Source: Candidatus Thorarchaeota archaeon (GTDB taxonomy: Archaea > Asgardarchaeota > Thorarchaeia > Thorarchaeales > Thorarchaeaceae). From it: a stretch of DNA of 30,682 nt. Numbering within the stretch: the stretch's first letter is position 1; the number at the start of each line of letters is the position of its first letter. Shown here one piece after another: positions 1-9,844 of this stretch. The stretch covers positions 1 to 30,682 of the forward strand of contig JBHLQM010000040.1 in the NCBI GenBank assembly GCA_048884785.1, written 5' to 3'. A model generated the notes under the pieces. It saw only the letters and a list, made by a program, of their open reading frames with translations. It was not told where the DNA came from and searched no databases. The translations under genes were made by a program, and so were the position numbers.

Positions 1-573
1 TATGTTGATGATGCTCATGGAGAGGCGGTTCTCGGAAAGGGCGGTCGAGGTATTGTCTCTCACTTCAATCTCACACATCACGATGTCCACTTTGAGATGG
101 GGACTTTCAGTAAGGCGTTTGGTGTAATGGGAGGACATGTGTCTGGCAGTCGTGACATGGTCAACTATGCCTTGAACAAGAGTCGGTCATGGCTCCTGAG
201 CGCCTCACATCCACCTGCAACAGCAGCCGCATGTATTGCAGCTATTGATGTTCTAGAAACAGAAGAAGAACATGTGAAGACACTCTGGAGGAACAGAGAG
301 TATTTCGTTAAGGGCTTACAGAATCTTGGTTTTGATACTGGGCATAGCCAAACTCCCATCATTCCTGCCATGTGTGGCGAGAGTTCCAAGGCTGTTGCCT
401 TAAGTGAAGGTCTCTTCAAAGAGGGGATCCTTGCACTACCAATCGTATTTCCAATGGTTGCACGTGACAAAGCTAGAATAAGAAATATGATGAATAGTGG
501 TCTTACAAAGGAACAGCTGGATACCGCACTTAGTGCATATGAAAAGGTGGGTAAGAAACTCAGTATCATTTAG
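1..573 (+). CDS. PLP-dependent alpha-oxoamine synthase (2-amino-3-ketobutyrate CoA ligase / BioF family), 5'-truncated by the window edge
   Basis: The frame is open from base 1 (YVDDAHGEAVLGKGGRG...). It contains DDAH, the PLP-lysine motif GTFSKAFG, SQTPIIP and IVFPMVARDKARIR. kbl versus bioF cannot be resolved from the fragment. Confidence 0.9.
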   Translation, partial: YVDDAHGEAVLGKGGRGIVSHFNLTHHDVHFEMGTFSKAFGVMGGHVSGSRDMVNYALNKSRSWLLSASHPPATAAACIAAIDVLETEEEHVKTLWRNREYFVKGLQNLGFDTGHSQTPIIPAMCGESSKAVALSEGLFKEGILALPIVFPMVARDKARIRNMMNSGLTKEQLDTALSAYEKVGKKLSII

Positions 574-754
574 AACTAGATGGCCCATCAGTATGGGACC
601 CGAGGTTGTAGGCAACTATAGATTGATCCAGCGATTTTCTATGCAAGATAATTGGCAGGAAGATACGTTCATTTCTAGGAAATTTTACACACTAAATGAC
701 AGCAACTAAAGATAAATACCGCCACTACAAACCTCTCTCCGAAGGCATGTTACT

Positions 755-3106
755 ATGAAGTTAGTGAATTTGAGATTCCCTCAACTAGTTGCAGTTCTTA
801 TAACTCTCACGCTGGTTGCTCAACCAGCTCAGCTCACTCCGGTGAGTGAAATTGGAATGATAGCCAATAAAGCAATTGTGGCAACCGACACAGCTGAAGC
901 TAATATGCAGGCTGGTCCATATGTTGACCTGCTTGATTATTCCATCATCAATCAAGATGATCAAAGAATCCTGAAACTTCTAGCTGACGAGATTGATGTG
1001 ATTGGAGATACAGTTGATCCGTCTTACCTTGATACTCTCAGCCAGAATGAGAATATCACGGTTGTAGAGGCTCTCCGGAATGGATATGGCTATTTCACGA
1101 TTAATTGCGAAAAATATCCGTATAACATAACAGCATTCCGTCGAGCGTTCTCATTTGCAATTAACAAGACACATGTCGTTAAAGAGGTCTGGGATGGGCT
1201 CGCAGTCGAGTTGGATTCGCCAGTTCCTAAGACAAGCCCATATTCAATAGAAGGAACCCTTGATTACAATTATTATGATGCCCAGGTTGACGAGGCAAAT
1301 GGTCTACTCGACTCCGCAGGATTTCTCGATTGGGATGATGATGGCTATAGAGAAGCGCCAGATGGGAGTGATTTCGATGTTCTGATTGAAGTCGCATCGA
1401 CATCAAATATAGCGATTGAATGTGGACAGATTGCGGCAGTTGCTTTTGAAATGATTAATATAGACGCGACATCGCAACCTATTGATTTCTATGACACCCT
1501 AAACAGGATATATTTCCACAACGATTACGATATTGCATTTATGGGAAAGTCATTTCTTGATTTGGATGTTGATTGGCTCGCTTATGAATATTGGTCAGAA
1601 TATGCAGACGAGCCCTATCGTAACTACCCCAACTTCAGAAACGATACCTACGACTCTTGGAGAAATCAGCTTCTTGAATCAATATCAGTTGAGGAAGTTC
1701 AAGAGGCATCTTCTGCAATGCAGGAAATCTTGGTATTTGAAGCTCCAATCGTAGTTCTGTATGAGAACATCCTTCTTTATGCTCACCGAAACGACAGATA
1801 CGAAGGATGGGAAATGGATGCCCTTGACGGAATAAGCTCATCGTGGACAAACTCGAAAGTTAGATTGAAGGAAGAATACAACGGTCCGGTAGGAGGAACG
1901 TTGAGAGTCGGAATTCCCAACGGTATCGATACGATGAATATACTATCATCGAGTTCTCAGTATTCAAAATCCATCCTTAGGAATCTCTATGACTCTCTTT
2001 TCAGACGACTACCAAGCGGAGAAGAGCTTCCTTGGTTGGTAAGCTCATACGAAATTTCAACAAATGATGATGATCCCACAGTGCCTGCAGGACAAATGAA
2101 ATTAACATTCTCCATGCCAACCAACCATTCATGGAGTGATGGCACCGCCCTAACCGCGTATGATGTAGCTTTTACTCTGAATTATTTGCATTCTGAATCA
2201 GGTAATCCCTATGGACCTGCTCTCAGTGGATTGACGGCTTGCTTTGCACCAAATAATGCAACTGCTATTTTGCAGCTGGATTCAACTTCATTTTGGGATA
2301 TTCTAAAAATCGTTCGCATACCAATCTTGCCCAAGCACATTTTCCAGTATATTGATTGGAATGCATACTCACCCAACGCTGCGACGATTGTTACGTCTGG
2401 AGGATTCTACTATAATGGAACAGACCCATATCTCTTGGAGGCGAATCCGCGGTATTTCCATTTCACTGCAACGAGCCCACCTGACATCAGTTCTCCAGAA
2501 GATGCAGTTTGGTTCTTGGGTCAGCACAAAATGGAAATAAAATGGTACACTCATGATCTTGACCCACGAAACTACAGTCTTGTCATAGATGGCAATCCAG
2601 GAAGTCATGGCTCATGGACTGAGAGTAGTAAGACAATTGACTTCAGTTCGCTTGACATTGGAGTACATAATGTTACTGTAATCCTAGCAGACCGACTCAA
2701 CCAAACCACTTCAGATGAAGTTCAGGTCACAGTAATTGATGATGATGATCCACCCGTCATTATGGCTTCAGGTAATCTCACGTATGTTCAGGGAAGCACA
2801 GGCAATTTCCTCAATTGGACAATAGAAGATCCGAATCCTTCTGAATATGTAATATTCAAAGATGGCTTGGAGGTTTTCCAAGAACCTTGGCTGGAAACCG
2901 AACTACTGGTTCAGTATTTAGTCGACGGACTACCCCCAGGAGTGTATAACTATACTCTGGTCGCAATAGATGGTGCCGGCAACTCTGCCAGCAATTCAGT
3001 CACGCTTACTGTCAATCCTGGCGTTGATATCTTATTGATTGTCACCATCGGTGGTTTTGCAGTGATTGTTGTTGGACTGTTGGCTATTGCAAAATCAAGG
3101 CGTTGA
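755..3106 (+). CDS. Family-5 (peptide/nickel) ABC solute-binding protein, circularly permuted, with two Ig-like repeats and a C-terminal membrane anchor
   Basis: N-terminal signal-like hydrophobic stretch; SBP5 motifs FRRAFSFAINK, EAPIVVLY, GGTLRVG, LYDSLF, WSDGTALTAYDVAFT, PILPKHIF and LEANPRYF; two ~90-aa beta-rich repeats starting PPDISS and PPVIMA; terminal TM helix followed by KSRR. Confidence 0.88.
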   Translation: MKLVNLRFPQLVAVLITLTLVAQPAQLTPVSEIGMIANKAIVATDTAEANMQAGPYVDLLDYSIINQDDQRILKLLADEIDVIGDTVDPSYLDTLSQNENITVVEALRNGYGYFTINCEKYPYNITAFRRAFSFAINKTHVVKEVWDGLAVELDSPVPKTSPYSIEGTLDYNYYDAQVDEANGLLDSAGFLDWDDDGYREAPDGSDFDVLIEVASTSNIAIECGQIAAVAFEMINIDATSQPIDFYDTLNRIYFHNDYDIAFMGKSFLDLDVDWLAYEYWSEYADEPYRNYPNFRNDTYDSWRNQLLESISVEEVQEASSAMQEILVFEAPIVVLYENILLYAHRNDRYEGWEMDALDGISSSWTNSKVRLKEEYNGPVGGTLRVGIPNGIDTMNILSSSSQYSKSILRNLYDSLFRRLPSGEELPWLVSSYEISTNDDDPTVPAGQMKLTFSMPTNHSWSDGTALTAYDVAFTLNYLHSESGNPYGPALSGLTACFAPNNATAILQLDSTSFWDILKIVRIPILPKHIFQYIDWNAYSPNAATIVTSGGFYYNGTDPYLLEANPRYFHFTATSPPDISSPEDAVWFLGQHKMEIKWYTHDLDPRNYSLVIDGNPGSHGSWTESSKTIDFSSLDIGVHNVTVILADRLNQTTSDEVQVTVIDDDDPPVIMASGNLTYVQGSTGNFLNWTIEDPNPSEYVIFKDGLEVFQEPWLETELLVQYLVDGLPPGVYNYTLVAIDGAGNSASNSVTLTVNPGVDILLIVTIGGFAVIVVGLLAIAKSRR

Positions 3107-3188
3107 AATGACAATATATTGGACTCGGGTGAAATTCTAGCTCGGATTCAAAACACAGAAGAGGCGAAATAGGAGCATTGGAGCCAAT

Positions 3189-4181
3189 TTAGAGCGGCAA
3201 CCATGTGCCTATTCTTTTGTCAATTGCGTTACGAAAGACCAACGGAGCCACAGCAATATCATCCATAGCCAGACCTAGATTACAGGATATTGTACGTTCT
3301 TGAGATTTTTCTCTACCCATCTTCAATCCCGCAACCAGCTCACCTAAGTCTGCATAGATAGGAGGTATGTTTTGAAAATAGCCAACCTGTTGGTAGTGGC
3401 GGAGTTGCGGAATGTCATCCGTGCAGAACTTATCAGACTCTCTCAATGCGGCTGGATGCCAGTATGAATCAAAGTCCACGAGAGATGCAAATGCTCCCTC
3501 ATCCATCCAGCCGGGCTGTATTGTTGCGTGCGGTTTCTTTAGGATTGGTCCAGCAGTCACTATAATGTCACATCCAGAAACAGCATCCTTTGGGTTATCG
3601 ACAATGGTAACCTCCAGTCCAAACCTTTCTTCAACTTCGGCCGCATACTTCGCTGACTGCTGGGGATCGATGTCATATGCCATAACATGCTTGAGGGGAT
3701 GAACAATACTGAGGGCTTCAATATTGCTTCGACCTTGTACTCCACATCCAAGAATTCCCACAACTGATGAGTCCGATCTCGCGAGATGTTTGGCAGCAAT
3801 TGCAGTCGCGGCACCTGTTCTCTTGGCAGTAATCCACACACAATCCATTACAGAGATTGGCAAACCTGTTTCCGCATCGTTCAGAATCAGCAATCCGGAT
3901 ATGTAGGGCAATCCCTTCTGTCTATTCAAGGGAAACCCAGATACCCATTTCATACCTGCTGACTTCAAAGCTGGAATATATGCGGGCATCGCGTGAATGA
4001 AATTATCAGAGTTGCCAGGATGTATCCCGGGTTTTGGTGGCATCTCAACTCTCCCCTCAGCCTTTTCTCTGAATGCGGTCTCAAGCTGATGGATAATCTC
4101 CTCCATGCCGATATTGATTCGAGCTACATCTGCCTCTGAGAGATAGAGAAGACGGTTTTCGGGATCTGACAAATGGAACAC
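3189..4181 (-). CDS. Ornithine cyclodeaminase / mu-crystallin / alanine dehydrogenase family protein
   Basis: EMPPK, HAMPAY, GMKWVSGFP, WITAKRTGAATA, Rossmann motif GILGCGVQG, and NLGLAMDDIA. The start codon is uncertain (GTG 4181 or TTG 4172). Confidence 0.92.
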   Translation of the reverse strand: MFHLSDPENRLLYLSEADVARINIGMEEIIHQLETAFREKAEGRVEMPPKPGIHPGNSDNFIHAMPAYIPALKSAGMKWVSGFPLNRQKGLPYISGLLILNDAETGLPISVMDCVWITAKRTGAATAIAAKHLARSDSSVVGILGCGVQGRSNIEALSIVHPLKHVMAYDIDPQQSAKYAAEVEERFGLEVTIVDNPKDAVSGCDIIVTAGPILKKPHATIQPGWMDEGAFASLVDFDSYWHPAALRESDKFCTDDIPQLRHYQQVGYFQNIPPIYADLGELVAGLKMGREKSQERTISCNLGLAMDDIAVAPLVFRNAIDKRIGTWLPL

Positions 4182-4231
4182 CAGTTCGCCAGTTGGTGTT
4201 CACACTGTTATAGATTGTGTCACAATATATC

Positions 4232-4267
4232 GGAGCACCTCTGGCTTCTAGTCAACCAGAGGTCTCC
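4232..4267. repeat. Intergenic inverted repeat (hairpin) just after the 4273-4551 stop; possible terminator or processing site
   Basis: ACCTCTGG (4237-4244) pairs with CCAGAGGT (4256-4263), extendable by GGAG/CTCC with a one-base bulge. Confidence 0.45.
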
Positions 4268-4272
4268 TGCGT

Positions 4273-4551
4273 TCATTTAATCTTCTGATCAACTTTTTCT
4301 AGCTCTACGATAGGCGCAAATCTGAAGCTGACTTCAGGCAGATAGAATCGAGTTATCTTGACGAGGTGCTCAGGGTCTTCAGTTTCAAGCAATTGGAAGC
4401 CTTCAGGCCCATCAAGCATCGTATAGTTCTTTGAAATGAACTTTGCATGTTGTTCAGGATTCTTCTTCACTAGCGCACGAAATTCCTTTAGCTTGTCCAT
4501 TACGGCATTATGGTCAGCTGAATCGTATTCCCAAAACATGATGTACTTCAT
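4273..4551 (-). CDS. Small DUF3303/GYD-like ferredoxin-fold protein
   Basis: 92 aa with the pattern MKYIMFWE...GFQLLETEDPEHL...FRFAPIVE; SD-like GAGGTTGA upstream. Confidence 0.7.
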   Translation of the reverse strand: MKYIMFWEYDSADHNAVMDKLKEFRALVKKNPEQHAKFISKNYTMLDGPEGFQLLETEDPEHLVKITRFYLPEVSFRFAPIVELEKVDQKIK

Positions 4552-4679
4552 TTTCTCAACCTCTTAAAAGTGGAATACAATTCGCCCCAATGCGTTAAGA
4601 GAGTTGCGATAGGAATGTTAATGCGGATGCATTGAATACAATCGTCAAACCTTAATGCTTGTGATGTGATAGCTATATC

Positions 4680-4919
4680 ATGACAGAAATTGAGCGGAAT
4701 ACTACACTCCGGAATGTTCTGTTGAAGGCAGCCCAGGAAAAGACACGAGTCCGATTAATTGGACCTCCAAATACAATTCTATCGGAGGGTTTTGTTGATT
4801 TCATAGGAAATGGGATAGTTGGTATGAAACATCGGATCAGCGAAGAACCAGATGAGTTCATCGTCATTAGTAGTATTATCAAGATCCAAATGATAGGAGA
4901 ATCGCATCAGGCATTCTAG
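4680..4919 (+). CDS. Small hypothetical protein, possibly an Sm/SH3-like beta barrel
   Basis: 79 aa: N-terminal helix followed by short strands (RVRLI, EGFVDFIG, IVGMK, EFIVISSIIKI); TATA-like CTTAAT about 30 nt upstream. Confidence 0.6.
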   Translation: MTEIERNTTLRNVLLKAAQEKTRVRLIGPPNTILSEGFVDFIGNGIVGMKHRISEEPDEFIVISSIIKIQMIGESHQAF

Positions 4920-4932
4920 GGATTGTGTAGCA

Positions 4933-5398
4933 TCATGCTGCATTCATGGCAAGAATGTCCACCGAATAGCCAAGATAGGGTGTTTCTACCATTGGCTTGT
5001 GCATTTCAGAAAATAGTCTTACATAACTGACATGGTCACGGCTGGTTAGAGTGTCCCCATATTTCTCAAGTCTACTTCTTTTTTGAACATATGCCCGTAT
5101 ACCCTCGACAATCTTTCTCAAAAAGAAGGTATTCCGGAGTTTGATTTGTCGCCAAAGATAGATTCTCTTCAACTAATTTGGAACTAGTCCCAAAAGCAGA
5201 CGATCCAATTAGAGTTATGAATCGAAGTAGGCTTGATGCCATGAGGCATGAAAGCGTTCCTGCTTTCTTCTTTCCTACTATGACATCAAGAGCATCTTCT
5301 ATCTGCTGCTCATTAAAGAAACGGCGAAGCGGTTTTCGAGTCGCTTGGAATCCTGTAATCCATTCAAGAAGGCGACTCGATAATGAATCACTCAACAA
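4933..5398 (-). pseudogene. Hypothetical gene apparently split over two overlapping frames (5072-5398 and 4933-5172)
   Basis: SD-like GGGAGGTTGA precedes TTG 5398. The two ORFs overlap by ~100 nt, and the first ends just after an A6 run. No recognisable motifs. Confidence 0.3.
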
Positions 5399-5629
5399 TC
5401 AACCTCCCTAGATTCAGTTCTAACTTAATGTAAACAGATTCAGATACAGAAAATAGAGGGTCGCTTGCATTGAGTGGGACCTGATATACACATGCAGAGT
5501 TACCTATCATCGACACCTTTCAATGATATACAAGATGGCGAACTGTGTCCGTTCACCCATCTCTAATAATAGGGATTTGCGGATGTGAGATAAAAGGATT
5601 GGCTCCTCAGCAAAGAAGCCAGCTTCCCT

Positions 5630-6802
5630 TCATGGTTGAGCAATTGTCTGAGTTCCGAATACAAGTAGAAGATACAGCATCATGATGAAGACAGCAATCA
5701 TTGCTATGGCCTCGAGGTTGTTGATTTTCGCATCATCAGTGATTTTTGCTCTAAGTATGAATAGAGTTGGAAATGCAAAAAGCACCAAAACCACCGAATA
5801 TAGATCAACTGGGATTCCATGATGTACATCAGTAAGACCTGAGAAGAAGAGGTGCAGTCCAGATGCAACTAGAGTGAAACCAAATATGACAAAGAAAACC
5901 TGAACAATCCCTCCGAATGCGTTTGAAAGAGCGATTTCAATCTCAGCTTTTCGATGGCTGGAGGCAACAATAATGTACTCAGGAAGTCCAGCAAAGATCA
6001 CAAGCAGCAGTGCGGCCTGAATGAAGTTCAATCCCATTGTATCTCTTGTGAATGTGGCGAAGTTAGCAAGGGCTTCACCTCCCATCAGTGCTCCAAAGGA
6101 TGCAACTAAAAGAAATACAGCAACGGTTCTTTTCGATAAATGCGTGATGTGCCTGTTTGACGGATTGGGTTCCTCCACAAAGGGATCGCGATGACCATAG
6201 TATTTGGTAATTGTATATAGATATGCAATAAAGACGGCAATCAGACAACCGCCAAATACCAGGAGTTCGTCGAATGTGAAGTACATTATTTGTCCAGGCA
6301 AGGTAGGAGCCACGAATATTTGAAGGAGAATCATGGAAAATCCAACTGCAAGGCTGATGACGGCTCCAACCGTGAGAAGCTCTGAACCAACCCACATTAT
6401 GGCGTCAGGAAGTCGGTAGTTTCCATCCTTGTCTTTTGGCAGAAAAAGGGAATATGTAGCAAACACCATTGTATTTACAAAGATGGTTGAAAGAGCCAGC
6501 ACCCATGCCATTTCATATTGCCCACCAAGAATGAGGAATGAAAGCACTGCAAGCTCAGGAATTGTGGCAGCCAGGCTTGCGTATATACCAGAAACATAAT
6601 CCGTCATGTTCAGGTTATGGGATATACCTTCGACAGAAAGAACGAAGGCTTCGCATGAGCCTGCAATAAGCAGAACTCCACCAATCAGGTCTGCGTAGGA
6701 TGCTATATCATGTGGAATATGAATGATAGCTTCAAGTGCCATCACTCCAAGTATTATTGCCAGACCGATGATGTATGATATTTGCCAAATGTGGAGTTTC
6801 AT
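5630..6802 (-). CDS. Ca2+:cation antiporter (CaCA, Na+/Ca2+ or H+/Ca2+ exchanger family)
   Basis: About 10-11 TM helices; alpha-1 repeat SLAATIPELAV and alpha-2 repeat FAGLPEYII...ALSNAFGGIVQV. Confidence 0.85.
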   Translation of the reverse strand: MKLHIWQISYIIGLAIILGVMALEAIIHIPHDIASYADLIGGVLLIAGSCEAFVLSVEGISHNLNMTDYVSGIYASLAATIPELAVLSFLILGGQYEMAWVLALSTIFVNTMVFATYSLFLPKDKDGNYRLPDAIMWVGSELLTVGAVISLAVGFSMILLQIFVAPTLPGQIMYFTFDELLVFGGCLIAVFIAYLYTITKYYGHRDPFVEEPNPSNRHITHLSKRTVAVFLLVASFGALMGGEALANFATFTRDTMGLNFIQAALLLVIFAGLPEYIIVASSHRKAEIEIALSNAFGGIVQVFFVIFGFTLVASGLHLFFSGLTDVHHGIPVDLYSVVLVLFAFPTLFILRAKITDDAKINNLEAIAMIAVFIMMLYLLLVFGTQTIAQP

Positions 6803-6872
6803 TAATCTGCCTCTGAGGGCGTTTCAGCATTCTATCTGCATTTTAAGTATGACTCTTATAGCTAAAAATGCA

Positions 6873-7424
6873 CTAATCCTTCAGCACAGCCTCGACTACA
6901 CTAGTAGCAGTTCTACCAAGAGCGACGAGCACTAATTGGATTAGAAAAGCTAGGACGAATACTCCTAGTGAAACCGATAGCATGAAGAAGCTCAGAGAAG
7001 TCGCTGCGAGGGGGGACAGGTAGTAGCGCCAGACTAGCCAAAACCCGTACATTCCCATTATGAGAATGATTCCAATAGCTAGCCCATATATTGCAACCAC
7101 AGTTTTCACACGAGCTCCACTCAAATCTACAGACCCCACGCCCTTCCCAATAACTGCAGCTTGGACTCTGCGATTAAACCTAACGAAGAAGCCGATGGCC
7201 CCAAGAAAAATGAAGAGTGTGATTATTGAGCCTATCATCAGAAGAAAGACCGCTACATCGATGGTAAGCTCTTCAAGGAATGTTCCTCTACTCAGCACAT
7301 AGGCAACAGTTGACGCGAGAATCATCATTGCTGCAATGATTTCTGCTACGAATGTTATAGTCGCGCTCCCTCTGAAGAGCCCTCCAATATCAATTGTATC
7401 TGGAATGTCCGGGGTGTCACTCAT
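6873..7424 (-). CDS. Hypothetical four-TM membrane protein
   Basis: Four long hydrophobic segments. The likely start is ATG 7424 (MSDTPD), preceded by GAGAGGA; the ORF track extends it to 7475. Confidence 0.75.
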   Translation of the reverse strand: MSDTPDIPDTIDIGGLFRGSATITFVAEIIAAMMILASTVAYVLSRGTFLEELTIDVAVFLLMIGSIITLFIFLGAIGFFVRFNRRVQAAVIGKGVGSVDLSGARVKTVVAIYGLAIGIILIMGMYGFWLVWRYYLSPLAATSLSFFMLSVSLGVFVLAFLIQLVLVALGRTATSVVEAVLKD

Positions 7425-7561
7425 TGTCAATCCTCTCATATTATCAATCTGAACACTTTGTTGAATGCTATACATCCAAAAAAGCCTTGTCGAAGGACTT
7501 TTCCGTTCTGAGGATTTTACAATGACTGCAATTAGAGAGAAGAAATAGGTGTTGAAAAGAT

Positions 7562-8119
7562 ATGGTGAACTATTTCCATGATGTACCAGTAGGACCTGAT
7601 CCTCCAGGGGAGATCTATGTCGTTATTGAAATGACGAGAGCAAGCAAGAATAAGTACGAATATGATGTGACTCATAATATATTCAGACTTGATAGAGTTC
7701 TTTACACCTTTGCGCCATTCGATTATGGTTTCATCCCACGGACGCTCGATCAAGATGGAGACCCACTTGATGTAGTTCTGATGATTACCGAGCCAACATT
7801 TACAGGATGTCTGGTTCGAGCAAGGCCCATTGGCATAATGGAAATGGACGATGCAGGAAAAATAGATGACAAGATTATTGCAGTCCCGATAAAGGACCCT
7901 TACTTTCGTGATGTAAAAGGAATGATTGACCTCCCAAGAAGCAGAATGGAAGAGCTAACACACTTTTATGCAACTTACAAAATCCAAGAAGGTGGCCATG
8001 TTGAGGTGCGAAAGTTTCAGGATATTGGTGAGGCTCTCAAGACAATAAATCGCTGTATCAATGATTATGATGATGCTTTGAAGAAGGGTAAATATATGGG
8101 CTATAAGAAATCAAAATGA
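7562..8119 (+). CDS. ppa: Soluble inorganic pyrophosphatase (family I)
   Basis: NKYEYD, LDRVLY, DYGFIPRT, signature DGDPLDV, DDKIIAV and FYATYK. Confidence 0.96.
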   Translation: MVNYFHDVPVGPDPPGEIYVVIEMTRASKNKYEYDVTHNIFRLDRVLYTFAPFDYGFIPRTLDQDGDPLDVVLMITEPTFTGCLVRARPIGIMEMDDAGKIDDKIIAVPIKDPYFRDVKGMIDLPRSRMEELTHFYATYKIQEGGHVEVRKFQDIGEALKTINRCINDYDDALKKGKYMGYKKSK

Positions 8120-8186
8120 GCTCTCTTACCAAAAGCATCTAAAGGAGAATCATGTGGATTCGAGTAGCTAGAGGGATATTTCTCCA

Positions 8187-8840
8187 ATGACAGAACAATT
8201 GAGATGCAAGGCGGTAATCTTTGACTTCGATGGAACCCTAGCAGATAGTATGCCTTTCCTCGAGAAAATCGGAGTTCAAATCATGATGAAATACTATGGT
8301 ATTGAGAAGGATGATGCTACTTTTCGTTACAGATCTACAACCGGCCTTCCGTATGAACATCAGATTGAACTGAATTTTCCCAATGATGATAGAAACATCT
8401 GTGCGGTCGAGGAATTTGAGCATCTCAAAATCGAACGCATCTTTGAACAAGAACTCTTTCCATCAACAGAATCTATGCTTGAATCAGTACATGCCAAAGG
8501 AATCAAGATATTCGTTTCATCCTCCACCTTCCAACCTACGATAGCCAAATACTTTGAGCTCAGAAGTCTGAGTCACATGTTTCAAGAGATTGTGGGCTAT
8601 CGTGCGGGCTTTGAGAAGGGACCTCACCACTTTAGGCATATTCAATACGAACATAAAATATCACTAGCAGATGTAGTGTTCATTGGAGATTCCTTGAAGG
8701 ACTTTGAGAGGTCAATTGGATTCTGTCGATTTATTGGGATTGAAGGAATATTCAAAGCTAAAGACTTTATCGAGAAAGGTCACAATGGTTTAGTTTTATC
8801 ATCAATTGGTGAAGTTCCGAATCATGTTATCTTTGGATAA
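8187..8840 (+). CDS. HAD-superfamily hydrolase (phosphatase)
   Basis: Motif I IFDFDGTLADS, motif II VSS, motif III K (FEKG), motif IV FIGDSLKD. Confidence 0.9.
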   Translation: MTEQLRCKAVIFDFDGTLADSMPFLEKIGVQIMMKYYGIEKDDATFRYRSTTGLPYEHQIELNFPNDDRNICAVEEFEHLKIERIFEQELFPSTESMLESVHAKGIKIFVSSSTFQPTIAKYFELRSLSHMFQEIVGYRAGFEKGPHHFRHIQYEHKISLADVVFIGDSLKDFERSIGFCRFIGIEGIFKAKDFIEKGHNGLVLSSIGEVPNHVIFG

Positions 8841-8842
8841 CA

Positions 8843-9826
8843 TCAAACGCTTTCTTGCTGTACTTGGGTTGCAGGTCCCTGCCCACGAACTCGATTCATC
8901 TGTTCAAGAACCGATCTGATTTGCGGCTTTTTCTCTTCTGGAACAGTTACAATATTTTCCTCCGGGAGCTTTTCCAAGACGTTCAATATCTTCTCAAGAG
9001 TATGCTTTTTCATCTGTCTGCAGATTGCCCCTTCCCAAGCAGGAATGATCTTCTTGTCAGGATGCGCAGCCTGCAGTTGGTGGATTAGTCCCATTTCTGT
9101 TGCTATGATGAATGTTTTATGAGGTGATTCTGCAACAGTACGTACCATCATTCCTGTGGACCCCACCATATCTGCGGCCTCCTGTACTTCCTTTGGACAT
9201 TCAGGATGTACTATTGAAATTGCATCAGGATACTGCTCCTTAGCAAGCAGCAGCTGTGCGACATCGAACTGATTGTGAACATAACATGCTCCACGCGGCT
9301 CAATATCAATTATCTTGACATTTGTATGCATCCTAACATGCTCAGCAAGATTTGCATCTGGACCAAAGAGCACTGATTCCACTCCTAATGATTCAACAAC
9401 TTCAACGGCACTCCCAGAGGTGCAGATAACATCGGTTTCCGTTTTTGTATCAGCCGTCGTATTTACATAAACAACCACTGGAACACCAGGATACTCCTCT
9501 TTCTTTTTCCTTATTTTTTCAGCATCGACATAGGCGGCTAATGGACATAATGCTCCTGGATCCGGGATATATACTGGCACTCCGTTTGACAAGACTGCAG
9601 CCATCTCGGCCATGAATCTAACACCAGAGAAAATAATGATATCATACCCGCTAACTTCAGAACATTTCCTAGCCAATTGAAGAGAGTCTCCAGTGAAATC
9701 AGCAATCTGCTGGATATCTAATGTTTGATAGTTATGGGCGAGTATCAAGGCATTGCGTTCTTTCTTTAGTTCCAAGATTCGCGCCTGTAGTTCACTGCAA
9801 CTCTTTTGCATATCATTTACCTGCAT
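8843..9826 (-). CDS. nadA: Quinolinate synthase A
   Basis: LILAHNYQ, GDSLQLA, GVRFMAE, three Fe-S cysteines (ALCPLA, ACYVH, AICRQMK), VYVNT, VHPEC and GSTG. Confidence 0.96.
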   Translation of the reverse strand: MQVNDMQKSCSELQARILELKKERNALILAHNYQTLDIQQIADFTGDSLQLARKCSEVSGYDIIIFSGVRFMAEMAAVLSNGVPVYIPDPGALCPLAAYVDAEKIRKKKEEYPGVPVVVYVNTTADTKTETDVICTSGSAVEVVESLGVESVLFGPDANLAEHVRMHTNVKIIDIEPRGACYVHNQFDVAQLLLAKEQYPDAISIVHPECPKEVQEAADMVGSTGMMVRTVAESPHKTFIIATEMGLIHQLQAAHPDKKIIPAWEGAICRQMKKHTLEKILNVLEKLPEENIVTVPEEKKPQIRSVLEQMNRVRGQGPATQVQQESV

Positions 9827-9844
9827 GTAGCTATTGTTAATCTC

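Noticed and set aside
5399-5629. Larger intergenic gaps (also 574-754, 20521-20757, 30212-30369) as tRNA/ncRNA/CRISPR loci
   Set aside because: No cloverleaf or T-loop motif, no regularly spaced repeats, and only short stems of 4-5 bp were seen.
5630-8840. CaCA antiporter + membrane protein divergent from ppa + HAD as a calcium/phosphate storage system
   Set aside because: Only adjacency supports it; ppa is housekeeping and no polyphosphate genes are present.
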